From Raillietiella orientalis (Eukaryota), in assembly GCA_036172245.1 (NCBI GenBank), contig JAYWIR010000016.1, positions 3,844,001 through 3,908,000 on the forward strand: DNA of 64,000 nt, read 5' to 3'. Shown here one piece after another: positions 48,601-60,479 of this stretch (the stretch's first letter is position 1; each line of letters opens with the position of its first letter). Both the position numbers and the translations under genes were made by a program. The notes beneath the pieces were generated by a model that had not been told where the DNA came from, did not search any database, and saw nothing but the letters and a program-made list of their open reading frames with translations.

Positions 48601-51600
48601 GTCTTTCCCTTCCCTACTTTCCTACCGGCGAGCGCCTCGGCCCACGACCGACGACGAGCGGGATCGCTTGCGGGTTTCCTGGCGACCGCGCGATTTCCTC
48701 CCGCGAGAGCTCCCGGACAGGAGAGAAACTTCCGCCATCCGCCTACCCCATCCCTTTCCTGCTGCCCTTCCCCTTGACGCGGAGGCGTGTCCCGACGCGA
48801 CCTTCCCCTCCAGCCCTCTTCCCGATCCTGATGGTCTCTCTCATCCTCCGGCACGTGGAAGCGTCCGGACGAGGTGCGGAGGCGGGGAGGAGGATGAGAT
48901 TTGCCCTTATTTTCTCCTCCTCCTTCCCGCGGTTCCTTCCGGGAAGCGCCCTCGCTAACACCAGGGCGTTCTCCGGGACCCTCGAATGTCTCCCTCTCGC
49001 GCGGGGGAGGGGGTGAGACGGCGGCGGCAGGACGGAGCGAAAGGAAAGCCCGGTCCGAGCGGCGCTCCGGTGACCTCGGACGGGGCCCCTGCTGGCGCGG
49101 TCTCGTCGCTCGGGAAGACGAGGAGAAAGGATGAAGGAGGAGAGGGAGGGAAGGCGCGCGCTTACCATCCACGGGAGGGAGTGCGGGGTCGACTCGGTGC
49201 CCCCCACGATGAACAGCGTCTTTCTGAAGTCATCGGAAGGGGGCGGCGGAGAGGGAGGCAAGGGAGCCGGGAATTCAACCGCCTGCTTCTTCAGGGCCTC
49301 CTGGTTGTCCAGGACGACGGCAGCTCCCAGGTGGTTCTCCGGAGCGTTGTCGTAGAAGTCCTTCAGCCGGGAGAGGGCAAGCTGGAGGTTCTCTGGTTGG
49401 ATGGCAGCCGGCGGCGGCTGCGTAGACACCCGGAATCTGGTGGAGGGGATCTCGTTGACCTCGTCCGGGAACAGGAACGCCTGGCGCTTTCTGAGACGGA
49501 GCGTCCCTCCGCAGACTACGGAGACATGTCGCATAGGATGGAAGGTGGGCGGAAACGGCGGAAGTCTCCGGGACGCGGGACCGGCGGCTCCTCCCGGGGT
49601 GGCCCCGGAAAGCTGCGGCGACCTTCGGCGAGAAAGGACACTCACCATCGTTGATGCTGGTGGCCCCGGACGGGAACGGGTGCGGTGAGTTGGGGCGTGG
49701 CCTCGTGGGGGTCGGAGTAAAGAAACCTGGAATTCAACCGGGAAGGAGAACCACTTTCCGCTCCCCCACCCCACCGTCCGTCCTTCCTCCTCCTTCTCCA
49801 CCCCTCCCGCTCGAGGAGAACCAACCGGTGTGAGGTTCTCTCCCCCGTCTCCTTACCTCCAGGAAACGATGGGTAAAACGTCGGCTGGAAGGTGGGCGGG
49901 AACGGCGGGATCCCTGCAAAGAACTTTCAGACCGACAGTTCGGCGCGTCTCCGCGGGTTCACCTGGCGCTGGGGTAGGTCTCGGGTACACCGGCAGGAAG
50001 AAAGGGTTGCCTATGGAGAGAGGAATGCACGTTGGTGGCGGCGGTGCCCGACGCACCCTGCCTCGCCCCATCCGATTGCCCCCGGACTATGAGTGACAGG
50101 GCGCCGTGCAAGGTGTTCTTCGCAAAGCGCACCCCCTTGAGACGTGGGTGCGCCCCCACGGGTGCTGCGCGAACGGACGGCGCCGCGCGCTTCCCGTGTT
50201 CCTTGACTGGCGGGCGTCCTGCAGCCGTGGGTCGGAAATGTCTGCCCCCACTCTTCTGTGCAGCAGGCGGAATTATGGGATGAGGAAGAGGAAGGCGAGG
50301 CATCTCTTCGGCCACTCTGTCTTTTTTCCGGACAGGAACTTGGCCGTCAAGTGAGGATCGTGTGAAGAGGGAGGATAGGGTGCGCGTCCGCCCCCGCGAT
50401 CCTGGAGCTCTTCGGTCCGCGAGCGGATCGCGCTCAGCTCGTGCCAGGGGCCTGCGCCATCACGGCAGGGCGCGCGCTCAGGAGCCGCGGGTTGCCACAG
50501 GGTCAGGGAGAACGCTTTTTTTTTTCTTTCCCTGGAGGGAACCAGAAACGGAGGAGGAGGGAGAGGGGCAGCGAAGACGCCTTCTCCCTTCCCTCGTTCG
50601 TCCTCGGCGGCGGCAGCGGCCACTTCGATTTACCTGTCGGGCAGCAGACGACTGGGAAGAAGCTTCTCCAGGAGCAGATGTTTGGGAACCTCCCGTTCAG
50701 GATGAGGTCCAGGAGCCCCGCGCACGCGAGGATCTCCTTGCAGACGCCGAACTGGTTCGCGTGGGTCCTGCAGTGGAAGTCTCTGAACTCGCCGCTGCGT
50801 AGGTCGACTCCCGAAGAGCCGTTTTCGGCATCTGAAACGGAGCGCGTGCCTTCCGCGCGTGCGAGCGGGGTTGACGGCGGCCCGCCGCTGGCGCGAACTA
50901 CCTGAGATCTCCGCCAGGACCGCAGCGGCAGTCGACAGCGTCGTGGTGGCGTTCGGTTGGCCGGCAGTCGATCCCCAGTCTGAGGTGCGACAGGCATGTT
51001 AGACCCCACGGCCTCGGCGCCCCGCACACGCCGTTCCGGGCATGAGAGGACCGCTCGGAGCAGGAAGATACGGACTCATGCGCATGCGCATGGAAAACAC
51101 CAGCCACCGCTTGTTGGCGGCCGCTTGGTGCCATGAGTTTTGAGAAATCGAATTCCACCCGGGAAAGGATCGACGCCAGGAAATGGGCGGTGCGTCGTGG
51201 GTTTCTAGTCCCCTCCCCCAATCCAAGAAGACGCTGGATGGCCTGTAGGATTTGGGTGCGGAATAGGATGCTCCCGTTGACTGGCCGGGATTGGAAGTGG
51301 ACCACCTGGTGTCCTTCCAGGAATCGAGGAGCCATTCGCGGTTTCCCTCCAGCTGTGGAAACGAGCCTCTTTCTGCCCTCAGAGGAGCAGCCTCCATCGC
51401 GTACCATGGAGCCGGTTGCCTCTCCAGAGTGCCAGAGCGCTTTGCCCCCTTAGGAAAGAGAGCCCCTTCGGGTTTCTCTTCAGAGGAGGAGGAAACCAGG
51501 AGCGGCCTCCCCTCAGAGAGACCTATCCGAAGAGGATAAGGGAACGATTCCCTTCAGAGTTCTATCCAGTGTAAGAGCAGAAGACTCCTTCCTCTGGAGC

Positions 51601-54600
51601 TCTTCCTGGATTCATAGGTGATGCCTCCGGGATTAATCCCTACAACTTGGAGAGTTATACGCACCCCCGGGTGGCGTGTACAGTGTGAAATAGCTTCATG
51701 AGCCCCTAGGCGAACGAACTTCAGGGAGCTTGAAGATTCCAAAGGGTGCTCCTTCTCCAAGTCGAGCCTCAATGGCGGGAAATAACCGCTAGTAGCTTTC
51801 CCGTAGTTCACCGAGATGGCACTACTCCCTGCAGGAGATAGTGGCCACGAGAAACGTGCGGAAGTGTGAAGTGCTTCGAAACCATCACTGTAAAACTGCA
51901 GTAGTTTCGACGCCCTTCCCGAATTCCAGACCGCCGTCTCGAGCTCGCACGTCTTCCTGGGAACTTCCACGCGACGCTGCTTGGAAGAGCCTTTCATAGA
52001 GAACGGAGATGGCAGAGAGATTCGTCGAGCATCATCAGTAAGGACTGCCTTCCGCACTGCACTCTTGCTCCGCGGAACGGAACCCATCCCCAGCAACGCA
52101 CGTGACCCCAAGGAAGGAACGCTGTTGAAAAGTGCCAAAAACCTTGAAGGTTTCACGAGGCTGGTCTTTGGGAACACTTTTTCTTCTGCACGTGTGCTGA
52201 AGGACACTCATGCCCGTCTTGCAGCAAGGTGGAGAGGCCAGAATGGTCAAGAATACGAGAGAAAGTTTCCATCCAATCGACGAGATTCACTTCCTTAAAA
52301 TCTGGCACCGGGACGCAGGCACTGACATACGTAAGGACGATGAAAGAGTAGCAGAGAACTAGAGGAACGTTCCAAGCTACCAACTGTTGTACATTATCTG
52401 GAAGACGTAAAAGGATCTGCATGCTTTTGGATGGAGTAGAAGACACTACGGAAAGCCGAACAAAGATCTGGAAGGTACTCGAAAGACAGAGATCAACTCG
52501 CACGGCCCTGGTGTGAAAGAAACGAATTGCTTCGTGATGATGGCGTATTCTTTCCTCGAGGGTGGTTCTTTTCCAGGAACAGGAAGGGTCTCTCGTGAGG
52601 AAAATGCATCCGCAGGCTTCATGTTCCACAACCTGAGGGAGGGAATTATCTCGGAGGTGCCGATGCGAATCTCAGTCGCTGCAAACCCGAGGTCGGACCA
52701 GGCAGACAACCCTTTTGCCCGGACTTTCCAAAGCGTGACCTGGGAAACGAAGCGACTTGAAGTTTGGTACAGAGAAGCGAAGTTGCGGAATCTCAAAAGG
52801 CGCTGTCAGAGAAGCGAACCACGGAATGCGGAGGAAGGTAGGAAAGAACGGAAAGCCCCAGTCGACGGTCGTGCAGTCATCAGCCTCCTCACATGCACCT
52901 TCCCCCGGCAAAGTTGCTTAGCCGTCGACAGAAGGCGTCAAGACTTCCACGGAGAGCGAGAGGATCCCGGTGGACCACCAGGTGAAGAGCGAAGCCGCCA
53001 AGCGACTGGCTGCTGGACAAAGTCTATTGGAAAAAGGGGGTTCTTCTTCCTGAAGGTACTGTTTCGTACATTTCAAGCAGCAACACTTTGCACGCGCGGA
53101 AAATCGATCCCGGTCGAATGGGTCAGACCGCTGGCTGATCCTGATGAGAAGGGAGGCCGACACGGAGCAGCGGGGCAATGGACCTGCTAGGATCCCTCCC
53201 GCTCTGGGAGGCCGCCCGAGCGGTCCGCGAAATGCGCTCTCCCTTGCGCGAGGATACACCTCCTTCCCCTCTCCTCCTCCCCTGGTCACATTCTCGCATC
53301 GTCCACACTACACGGGAATCACCCACGAAAGGTGGCCGCTGCAGAGGGCGTTTCCCGCAGGCAGCGCGGAGGCAACAACCGTCCTTCTGGTGCGTGCTCG
53401 ACCGCGGCGCGCCAAATCCCCGAGAGGCGCAAGGTGGCGGGCGAGTGGGTGACCCCCTCCTCTTCCTTTCCCCTTCCCCAGGCCTGCTGGGGCACGAAGA
53501 CCTGCTCTCAGGCAAGTGTCTCGCCTCTAGCCTCGGGTGGCGTTTGGAGCCCCTGCAAGGAAGGAGCAGAGCAACATCAAATACCTGGAACATTCGGGAG
53601 GAAACCGTTGGAACTCGGCGGAGCAGGTGATCCGGGGTCGTCGTCTTCTTCGTTGGGAAATCTTATGGATCCTGAAACGGACGGGTTGAAAGCGATGGGC
53701 AGAGTCGGTTTGCATCGACGGGAACGCGAGAGCGCCCGAGAGGATGCGTCGCGCCAGTGCTGGGTGAGTCCACCATCTTTCCACGAGTGCGCCCGTCTCC
53801 CCGCGGAAAGAACAAGTTTCAGTTGCCTGGCGTGCAAGCAGCCTGGATCCGCTTTCGTTTCGAGAAGAGAAGAGAACCCCCCTGTGGCGCGGTAGCTCGG
53901 CTCCCGTCCCTCGGGGAGGTTGCCACTCCCTCCGGCGCATCTGATCCATCTAGGAGAGTCCTCGTGAGAACGTGTCCACGGTTTCCCGGAACAAGAGGAC
54001 GTGACGCTCGTCGTCGAGGGACCGCTGCATCCGCGCGACAGGAGCTTGGACGCTCCAGCGTGCTGACGTGCCCGCAGGCAGTCTTGGAGTTCGCAGTGAG
54101 GCCGCCGGAGATTCGGATTCTCGGACCCGGGAGGAACAGTTCCTCCTTCTTCGGTAATTGTCAGAGCTGCCATGCCGCTTGCGCTGTGGTGCGGATGAGA
54201 CGGGAATGCAGGAGGTTTCCAGCTCCTCCCCATGGCAATTGCCTGTGCAGGTTGGCGACCGGCCAACGATTGCCAGCGTGCTGGTGCGGAGAAAGGATAA
54301 GGATAAGGAACGAAGGGACCGTGGTCGTCCGCCTCCAGAGAGGCGGTGCACTCGCATGTCCACCTTTGCCTTCCCCTCCGCTATGGCTCCTCCTCCAATT
54401 CCTGCTATTGTTTCAGTAGCCACTTTCAGATTTCGATGAGGTTCGCGCTCGGAAGAGAGAGCTGCTCAATACGGGTGGACAAGGTGGACAAAGTGTGTCC
54501 GTTGGAAGAGGAAAGGAAGCAAGAGAAGCAAAAGGAATAAGAGGAGCAACAGGAGTAATAAGAGGAACGGAAGAATAGGAGGAAGCGGAGAAAGAGAAGC

Positions 54601-57600
54601 AACAGGAGGGAGGGAGGAAGAGGAGGAAATGAGGAGATTGGATTTATCTCCTTGCTGCTGCGCAGTGTTCGGAAGAAAAGCACAAGCAGCACATCCTCAC
54701 ATGGACTTCAAGTATCTTTCATGTGGTCACAGGCACTCCCACCGGAAAAAGACATCTCCCACAGAGTGGTGCTTTTCGTGGGGGATGGCGAGGAGATAGG
54801 GACAGAAGAATGATAATTGTGGAAAAAAAAAAAGCAAGGAGCATCCCATCGCGTGGGCTGGCTGGTTTCTTATCTTCCGGATGAAATTCCCCTTCTCCTT
54901 CCCCCCTTACGGGCTACAGATGAGAATTCTCGCCCGGCTGATGACGCGAACCCTATTCGGAGGACCGTCGCTTTCTTCACTGAGCCTCCGCTGTTTCAGA
55001 CGGATTCGGGAGGGATCTTCGCAACCTTCAGATGAATCTTTGCTCAGCTGCGTGCAGCCCTCTCAGCGGAGAGAACCAGCCAAAAGGAGGGACGGAGCGG
55101 GTCGCTCCGTGCCACAGGACCCAGATCACGAGCCTTCGGTAACAACTCTTCGGCCACAGGAGCCACTCCTGAGCTCCGCGGAGATGAGTTCGAGGACCGA
55201 CTGCCTTTTTAGCCACGGAGTCACGGTCCGATTCGGCGCAACCGGTTGCCAGGCTCGTTCTGCAAAGATGTCTTGAAGACGCGCTCGGTAGCGTTCTGAA
55301 TGAGTCTCCCCACATGGAGAGAGAAAAAAAAGAACTCGATTAGAAGAGAGCAGATCGGGAGAGGAAGCTGCCAAGGAGAGATCTATTCCTCGGATGAGAG
55401 CGACTCGGCTTTCGAATAATTGCTACTGCTCCGGCAGCCTGCAGCAACGCGCAAGTCCGAATTCTCATTTCGGTTAGCACTTTGCGATCTGCCGGCGTGC
55501 GCGCTGCATCATCCCCCCTCCTCCGTCGAGGACGCTCCCCTCCACCTCCTCCTCTCTTCTTTCTCCACAAACCCTTCAGAGGATCGGACTACTCGGTCTG
55601 CTTCTCTCGCCTCTCTCCACCGAGGATGCAGGCAGCAACACCACATCCCGCTTGTCCTTTGACTCTGGAGGCACAAGTTGCTCCAGCTCGCTTCGGGAGG
55701 AAACCCAGAGTTGGGACCGCAAGGGCGGATCCCTCGATCAGATGGGATTCGTCCGGGAAGACTCAGGATCCCTGCGCCGACTCCGACGACGAAGGGGACC
55801 TCGCCTTCGTTCCTTAGCGATGTGAGAAGACCTGGTGAGCCAGACTGCTTCTGCCCATGCGAAGCCGGCAGCAGGGTCTGTGGACCCGTGTTGAGGATCC
55901 TGCGAGCGTCTCTGACTGTGTAGTTGGCAACAGAACGATTCTCTCTGTCCCTGAAGCTCAGGAAACGACAACCCCATCAGTCACCGCCCACCCGAAGGTG
56001 CGCAGAAGCGGAGGGGCCGCTAGGTGGAGAGCGGCAGCAGGGAGCGGGCTCAGGTGGAGACGATGCCAGTTTCGGACACAGAGTCAGGTCTTTTTTGCGC
56101 AGCTTCTTGCGCGGGAACTCCAGACAGGTTTCTTTTTGGTCCGGAGATCAAAAGAGAGATGAATTCGCCCGGAGAACCGATCGCAAATCGAGAGAAGGCC
56201 CGTTCACAGCACCGGCGTGTCGCCTGCTACAAAGGAGCAAGAGGAGAAAGGGAGGGAAGGATGGCAGCCGTTCCTTGATGGATCTCGATTTTCCGGAAGC
56301 TTCCTCCATTTCCTCCCTCCCTTCTCTTGCTCCTGTTGCTTCTCTGTCTCCTTTTGCTCCTCTTCCTCCCCTGATGCAGGATATTCTGCGTCTTTGCTCC
56401 CTTTCGCCTCCAAGACAAAGGAGTTATTCTCTGGAAATCCCCCTTTCAGGCAGAGAAGGATGCCTTCCGTCCGTCTGCACACTTCTGCCACCTATCGCAA
56501 GGAGGAGTGGCAGGACTTCCGGAAAATCAAGATCCAGCAAGGAACGGCTGCCACCCATCCATCCCTGATTTCAAGTCTCTTCCCTTTGGACCATCTCGCT
56601 TTCTCCTCCGGGGAAGCCCAGATGACACCTCTGGAGCGCGACCGGAACATCTCTAGCAGGGGAAGCAAACAAAAGGGAACGCTCGTTTCGCCGCTGCACC
56701 TCCAGTTCTGTCTTCCCGTGAAAACTTGGTGATGCGTCGCTGGATCTGGAGCCCTTGGAGGCTTCTCGGTGGCGCAATGCGAGCCTCGGGAAGAAATGGT
56801 CACGACGGAGCCCAAATCACGGGATTCCAGGTAGGGGGTGCTGGTTGATCTCGAGAACCAAAATCAATCTGGATTTCGCAGCCGTATCCGCCTCCCATTG
56901 CAGCATCTTTGGTTGCCCGTTAGACAAAACCGGGGTGGTTTCGTCGCACCCCGAAAGGTTTGCCGAGAAGCAGCGAACGCAGCGCCGTCCCTCGGACCGC
57001 CCTTTCTCTTGCATCAACTGCCGACACTGAGGATCCGCCAGCACCTTACGGTCTATCATACTGCTGGCCTCCTGTCGTTCTCGAGTTCATTGGTCACCGG
57101 AAATGCGCTTTCGTTCTGGAAGATTCCTACAAGAAGAAATGACTGCGCTTTCGTTCTTGTAGGATTCTGCAAGAACGAGATGCAGGGTTCTTCTGCGTCC
57201 TTGATTCTTTTGTTCCTGATACGCTGCCCGCCTGTTCCTTCTTCTCGTGGCCCATCCGGAATCTTGGATTCGAGCTTGGAAGTCCAGGGGATCGACGCCA
57301 AAGCCACAAGAAGGTCAACTCTTGAGAGCGCGCACCGACGGTGGAAAAGAATCCAAGCATCCGTCGAGGAGAAAAACCGATTCGTTGCTGAACGCAGCTT
57401 CCCACACAGTGCGCCCCGAGAGCAGGAGAAACGAATGCATCGGAGGCAAATCGAAAGCCGCAGGAAAATCAGCGAAAGAGGTTGGTCTAGACGGAGGAAC
57501 AGCACTATGGTTTCCCAGCATTTTGAGCATGACTTGAGATCCAGAGCTGCCTCTCAGAATTGGTGCTCATCCGCAGCCACGCGGATGCCGCCCCGATGAG

Positions 57601-59062
57601 CAGCATCCAACGGAGACGAGCTGCTGCAGGATGGCCGAAGAACGACCGCTGTAAGGTTGAAGTACAGCGTAGAACTTGAATCACCTGGAGCGTGTCTTGG
57701 AGGGTGGATGCCTCCGCCATGTTGGGTTCTCAGTGACGCGAGCATCTTGATAAGCGCCTTGCTTTGGCTACTTGGCTGACGAACAGAAGCTGCATGCCTC
57801 AGGGCGCACTTTTCAAACGAGATAAATGAGGGAGAGGGACGAGGGAAGCTCCTGGTGTGGAATGAACCACGTCGCCCGTGGATTCAGAGGGTTTTCTCAG
57901 GAGCTGCGGAAGAGTCTGGGAAACTGCGTCTCGAGGTCGCGGAGCGGAGGCGACTCGAATGACGTATTGCTACTCGCGCTGCCGGCGCTCTGGTCGGAGC
58001 CAAGTTTCGCTCGGCGCTCCTTCAGGTGCGACGGCGGAGACAATGGAGGCGGAGGAGGTCGCTGGCGAGACAAGCACGACTGGACGCAGAATGGAAAGGA
58101 CCGCGAGTCCAGACGTTCTCTGGAAGCGGAGTAGAAGCACGGCGAGCGCCACCCTGGCCGCCAGCGACGTCGCGCCTGCTGACTCCCCGAGAGCGCGGTT
58201 TCTGTCCGTGGGGCTGAGCAGCGTGGCGAGAGAAGCGGTGGAAAGGGCGCGCGTTTCCGACGGCCGGGACGCGGACTTCCTCACGGCGCGCGCCAAAGTC
58301 GCAGCGAGAGGGCTTGGTCCAGGGGCGGTGGCGATCGGAAGGCTCTGTTGTTCCAGACATCCCAGTCGAGCCTCCCTCTTCCGCCTCACCAGATGACTGT
58401 CAGCGAGAGGAGGCCCGGAGAATAAAGCCATCTGCTAGAGACGGATGCTGCGGCAGAGGGTCAGTCGGGAAAGCATCCCGGAAAGGTTTATCCAGGAACA
58501 CTGGGAACTCCCGACGGGCTGATCGCTCCCTAAAGCACTCCGGCGCCCCTTCGTGCCTTCATGCGCGGGGTGAGCACGCACGGCTTCGGCGAGAAGGCCG
58601 CGCATGATCTTTGACTTTGTCTCCTGGAAACCCGAAGCTGCTAAGGGAGTTTTCAAGGCGACCATAAATTTTAGGCAAGTGCGTGAGACCGCGGATGGAC
58701 ATTGGTGGAATCTCCCCTTCCCCTTCCCCCCCCCCTCCTCTTTCCCTGTTACTCTCAGTCAAAAAGTTTGTGATTTACGGAGAACAAGTAGCGGATCTGG
58801 TAATCCTTGGACACGGATCCTCAGGAGGGGAGGAGCGGGGGAGAGGAAAAACGAAAGAAAAAAGAAAAAGAGAGAGTTGCGGGGAGGAGGGTCCGCGGCA
58901 CTCTCGCGCATCCTCCCTCATTCTCTGGAGCGGCCTCAGAGAGATGTCCGAACGCACCGAAGGCTCGCACGCGCGCAACGTCCGCAAGAGCCGCCCAGAA
59001 TACTCACCCATGCAAGCGAGCAGCTGCAGCGGCAGCAGGCACCAGTGCAATCCTCTCCGCAT
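42494..59062 (-). CDS. Clip-domain serine protease (Snake/CLIPC- or horseshoe-crab factor B-like), 12 coding exons, about 557 aa
   Basis: Manual model: complement join(59008-59062, 53585-53671, 50902-50979, 50634-50831, 49963-50010, 49857-49913, 49646-49726, 49166-49515, 47670-47773, 47347-47612, 46558-46727, 42494-42673) = 1674 nt. All introns are GT-AG and all phases are compatible. Motifs: clip C-x9-C-x5-C-x15-C-x9-CC, IVGG, TAAHC, DIAL, KDSCQ/GDSGGP, PGIYTRV. Protease and clip exons are secure; the N-terminal and linker exons are less certain. Confidence 0.88.
45080..46100 (-). mobile_element. LINE family A fragment in the last intron of the clip protease gene
   Basis: Inverted match to the other family A copies; knuckle-like GCCNCRS upstream and APE-like ELAARRR downstream. 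Confidence 0.6.
46558..46727 (-). CDS. Protease exon (LQEV...C...ICAG...GGKDSCQ)
   Basis: S1 pocket Asp (KDSC) indicates trypsin-like specificity; donor CAG|GTAAAT. Confidence 0.95.
47347..47612 (-). CDS. Protease exon with catalytic Asp (HPGY...YHDIALLKL...PVCLP...VAGWG)
   Basis: Canonical S1A motifs; AG/GT boundaries; 57-nt upstream intron. Confidence 0.95.
47670..47773 (-). CDS. Protease exon with catalytic His ([19 protein letters not shown])
   Basis: Canonical S1A motif; acceptor ctctttcag, donor GTAAGA. Confidence 0.95.
49166..49515 (-). CDS. Linker and activation-site exon (VCGG...RKR...[19 protein letters not shown])
   Basis: Lies within ORF 48743..49801; IVGG...PWM followed by donor GTAAGC; acceptor ctccgtag gives the correct phase. 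Confidence 0.8.
49646..50010 (-). CDS. Three small Pro/Phe-rich linker exons of the clip protease (49963-50010, 49857-49913, 49646-49726)
   Basis: 48, 57 and 81 nt, each phase 1-1 with AG/GT sites (donors GTGAAC, GTAAGG, GTGAGT); encode [35 protein letters not shown] and [27 protein letters not shown]. Confidence 0.65.
50634..50831 (-). CDS. Clip-domain exon
   Basis: [45 protein letters not shown]; acceptor ccgtttcag, donor CAG|GTAAAT, 198 nt, phase 1-1. Confidence 0.9.
50902..50979 (-). CDS. Clip protease exon 3 ([26 protein letters not shown])
   Basis: Acceptor cacctcag, donor CAG|GTAGTT, 78 nt, phase 1-1, 70-nt intron to the clip exon. Confidence 0.55.
51110..51900 (+). mobile_element. 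LINE family A fragment plus APE start (intronic, antisense to the protease gene)
   Basis: Clear similarity to 23810-24300; followed by APE-like SLNG and LQE motifs. Confidence 0.65.
53585..53671 (-). CDS. Clip protease exon 2 ([29 protein letters not shown])
   Basis: Acceptor ccgtttcag, donor CAG|GTATTT, 87 nt, phase 1-1, open frame. Confidence 0.6.
54505..54640. repeat. Purine-rich low-complexity tract
   Basis: Almost exclusively A/G; a similar tract lies at 895-1000. Confidence 0.8.
59008..59062 (-). CDS. Clip protease exon 1: signal peptide [18 protein letters not shown](G)
   Basis: ATG, basic n-region, hydrophobic core, strong phase-1 donor G|GTGAGT; phase matches the downstream exons. 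Confidence 0.65.
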
Positions 59063-60029
59063 CGTCGGGGAGGTGGGTGGGGGGAGGTGGGTCTTTGGAT
59101 TGGTCGAAGCTTCCTTGCGAGGGGGAACTTCACATCCGGTAGCCGACGGGCCCCATTTGGCTCCGTGCCGCCCGTCAAGTGCCGCTTTATGTCACTGTGC
59201 AGGGTTTCCCCTCCCGAGCTGGAGATTTTTATCGGGGCGGCGGTCCGCGCTGTTCCCGCAGCCCGCCGCGCTCTTCCACTCACCTTGTTCTATTAAAAAA
59301 AGAGAGAGAGAAAGCGAAGGAAGGGAATTTCGGCCTGCAACCGGTCTGTCCCACCCGGATTCCTATCGGCCGCGCGCGGTGCGGAGGATGAGCTGATGAC
59401 GACATCGCAGCATCCGGTCTCTCAGACGTGAAAGCAAGGTCAGCCCGGGGAGCAAAGAGAGCGCATGGGGTCTCTTCTGCGTGAGCGCGCGCCCAAGACG
59501 AAGCAGCCGCTCTCTCTCTCTCTCTCTCTCTCTCGGAGGAGGAGGAGGAGGAAGGCAGGGTTTTCCTATCACCCCTTCCGTTCCGGCGTGGACCACGAGC
59601 CGCACAGCGCTCGGAAAGCGGGAGCGATCTCGGCGCGCGCTGGACCCCTCCTTGTCTTTCCCGGTCGGGGAAGAACCGCGCAGTGGCGCCGGTCGTCTTC
59701 GCTCGCGGGTCGAAAGAGAGAGGGATTCGTCTCCTTATGATTCTGGAAGATGGGCAGGTAACTCATAAGGTAGCCGCGCAGTAAGGACCCGTCGCAAAAG
59801 GAGCTGCGCACCGGTTGCCACAGGTGACGTCTCCGGGGATCCTATTTTTAGAAGCTCGAGGGACCGTCGGTTTCCGTGGATTCCGGAACGCAGGATTTTC
59901 TGCTCCCTTTCGAGGGCAGCTCGCGCCAGGAGCATCTCCGGGAAGGTCGCAGATTCTCGCTGAGGCTCCCTGCGCAACGCACCAGCTCCAGTGCCGGAAC
60001 CAGGACTGGACCCTCCCGTCTGACGCGGC

Positions 60030-60350
60030 GAGGTGCCGCTACCCTAGGCAGGGGACCCCGGCGCGCGCGACGGGTGCGCCCCCTCGATGAGAAAGCCCTC
60101 CCCTTTCCGTTCCCCCGACCACCCCCTACTCTCGGGAGGAATCTGCCACCGTGTGGGAGAAAGTGGCTCTGCTCTTCCTCCAGGAGACCGTGCTCCCGGA
60201 TTCCGTGCCAAGGCAGCGCGACTCACGAGCCGGAACCACGGAGAGCGCACGCGCGTATCCTGGCAATGTGGGCGATTATCACCCTATCACGCTGGGCATT
60301 GATCACATTGATGTGGTGGGACCCAGGGTCGCACGGAACCTGCCGAAGAG
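60030..60350 (+). mobile_element. Decayed LINE RT domains 0-2
   Basis: PGARDG, VLPDS and GNVGDYHPITL (YRPISL-like). Confidence 0.45.
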
Positions 60351-60479
60351 CGGCATGGAAGACTGTCGAGGTTCGCTGAGGAAGCGTGGGGGAGGGGAAA
60401 GCAAAAACAAACACACACGCAAAACAGGGGGGGGGAGGGGAATTGCACATGAGGGGGGAGACACAGTACGCTTCCAGGA

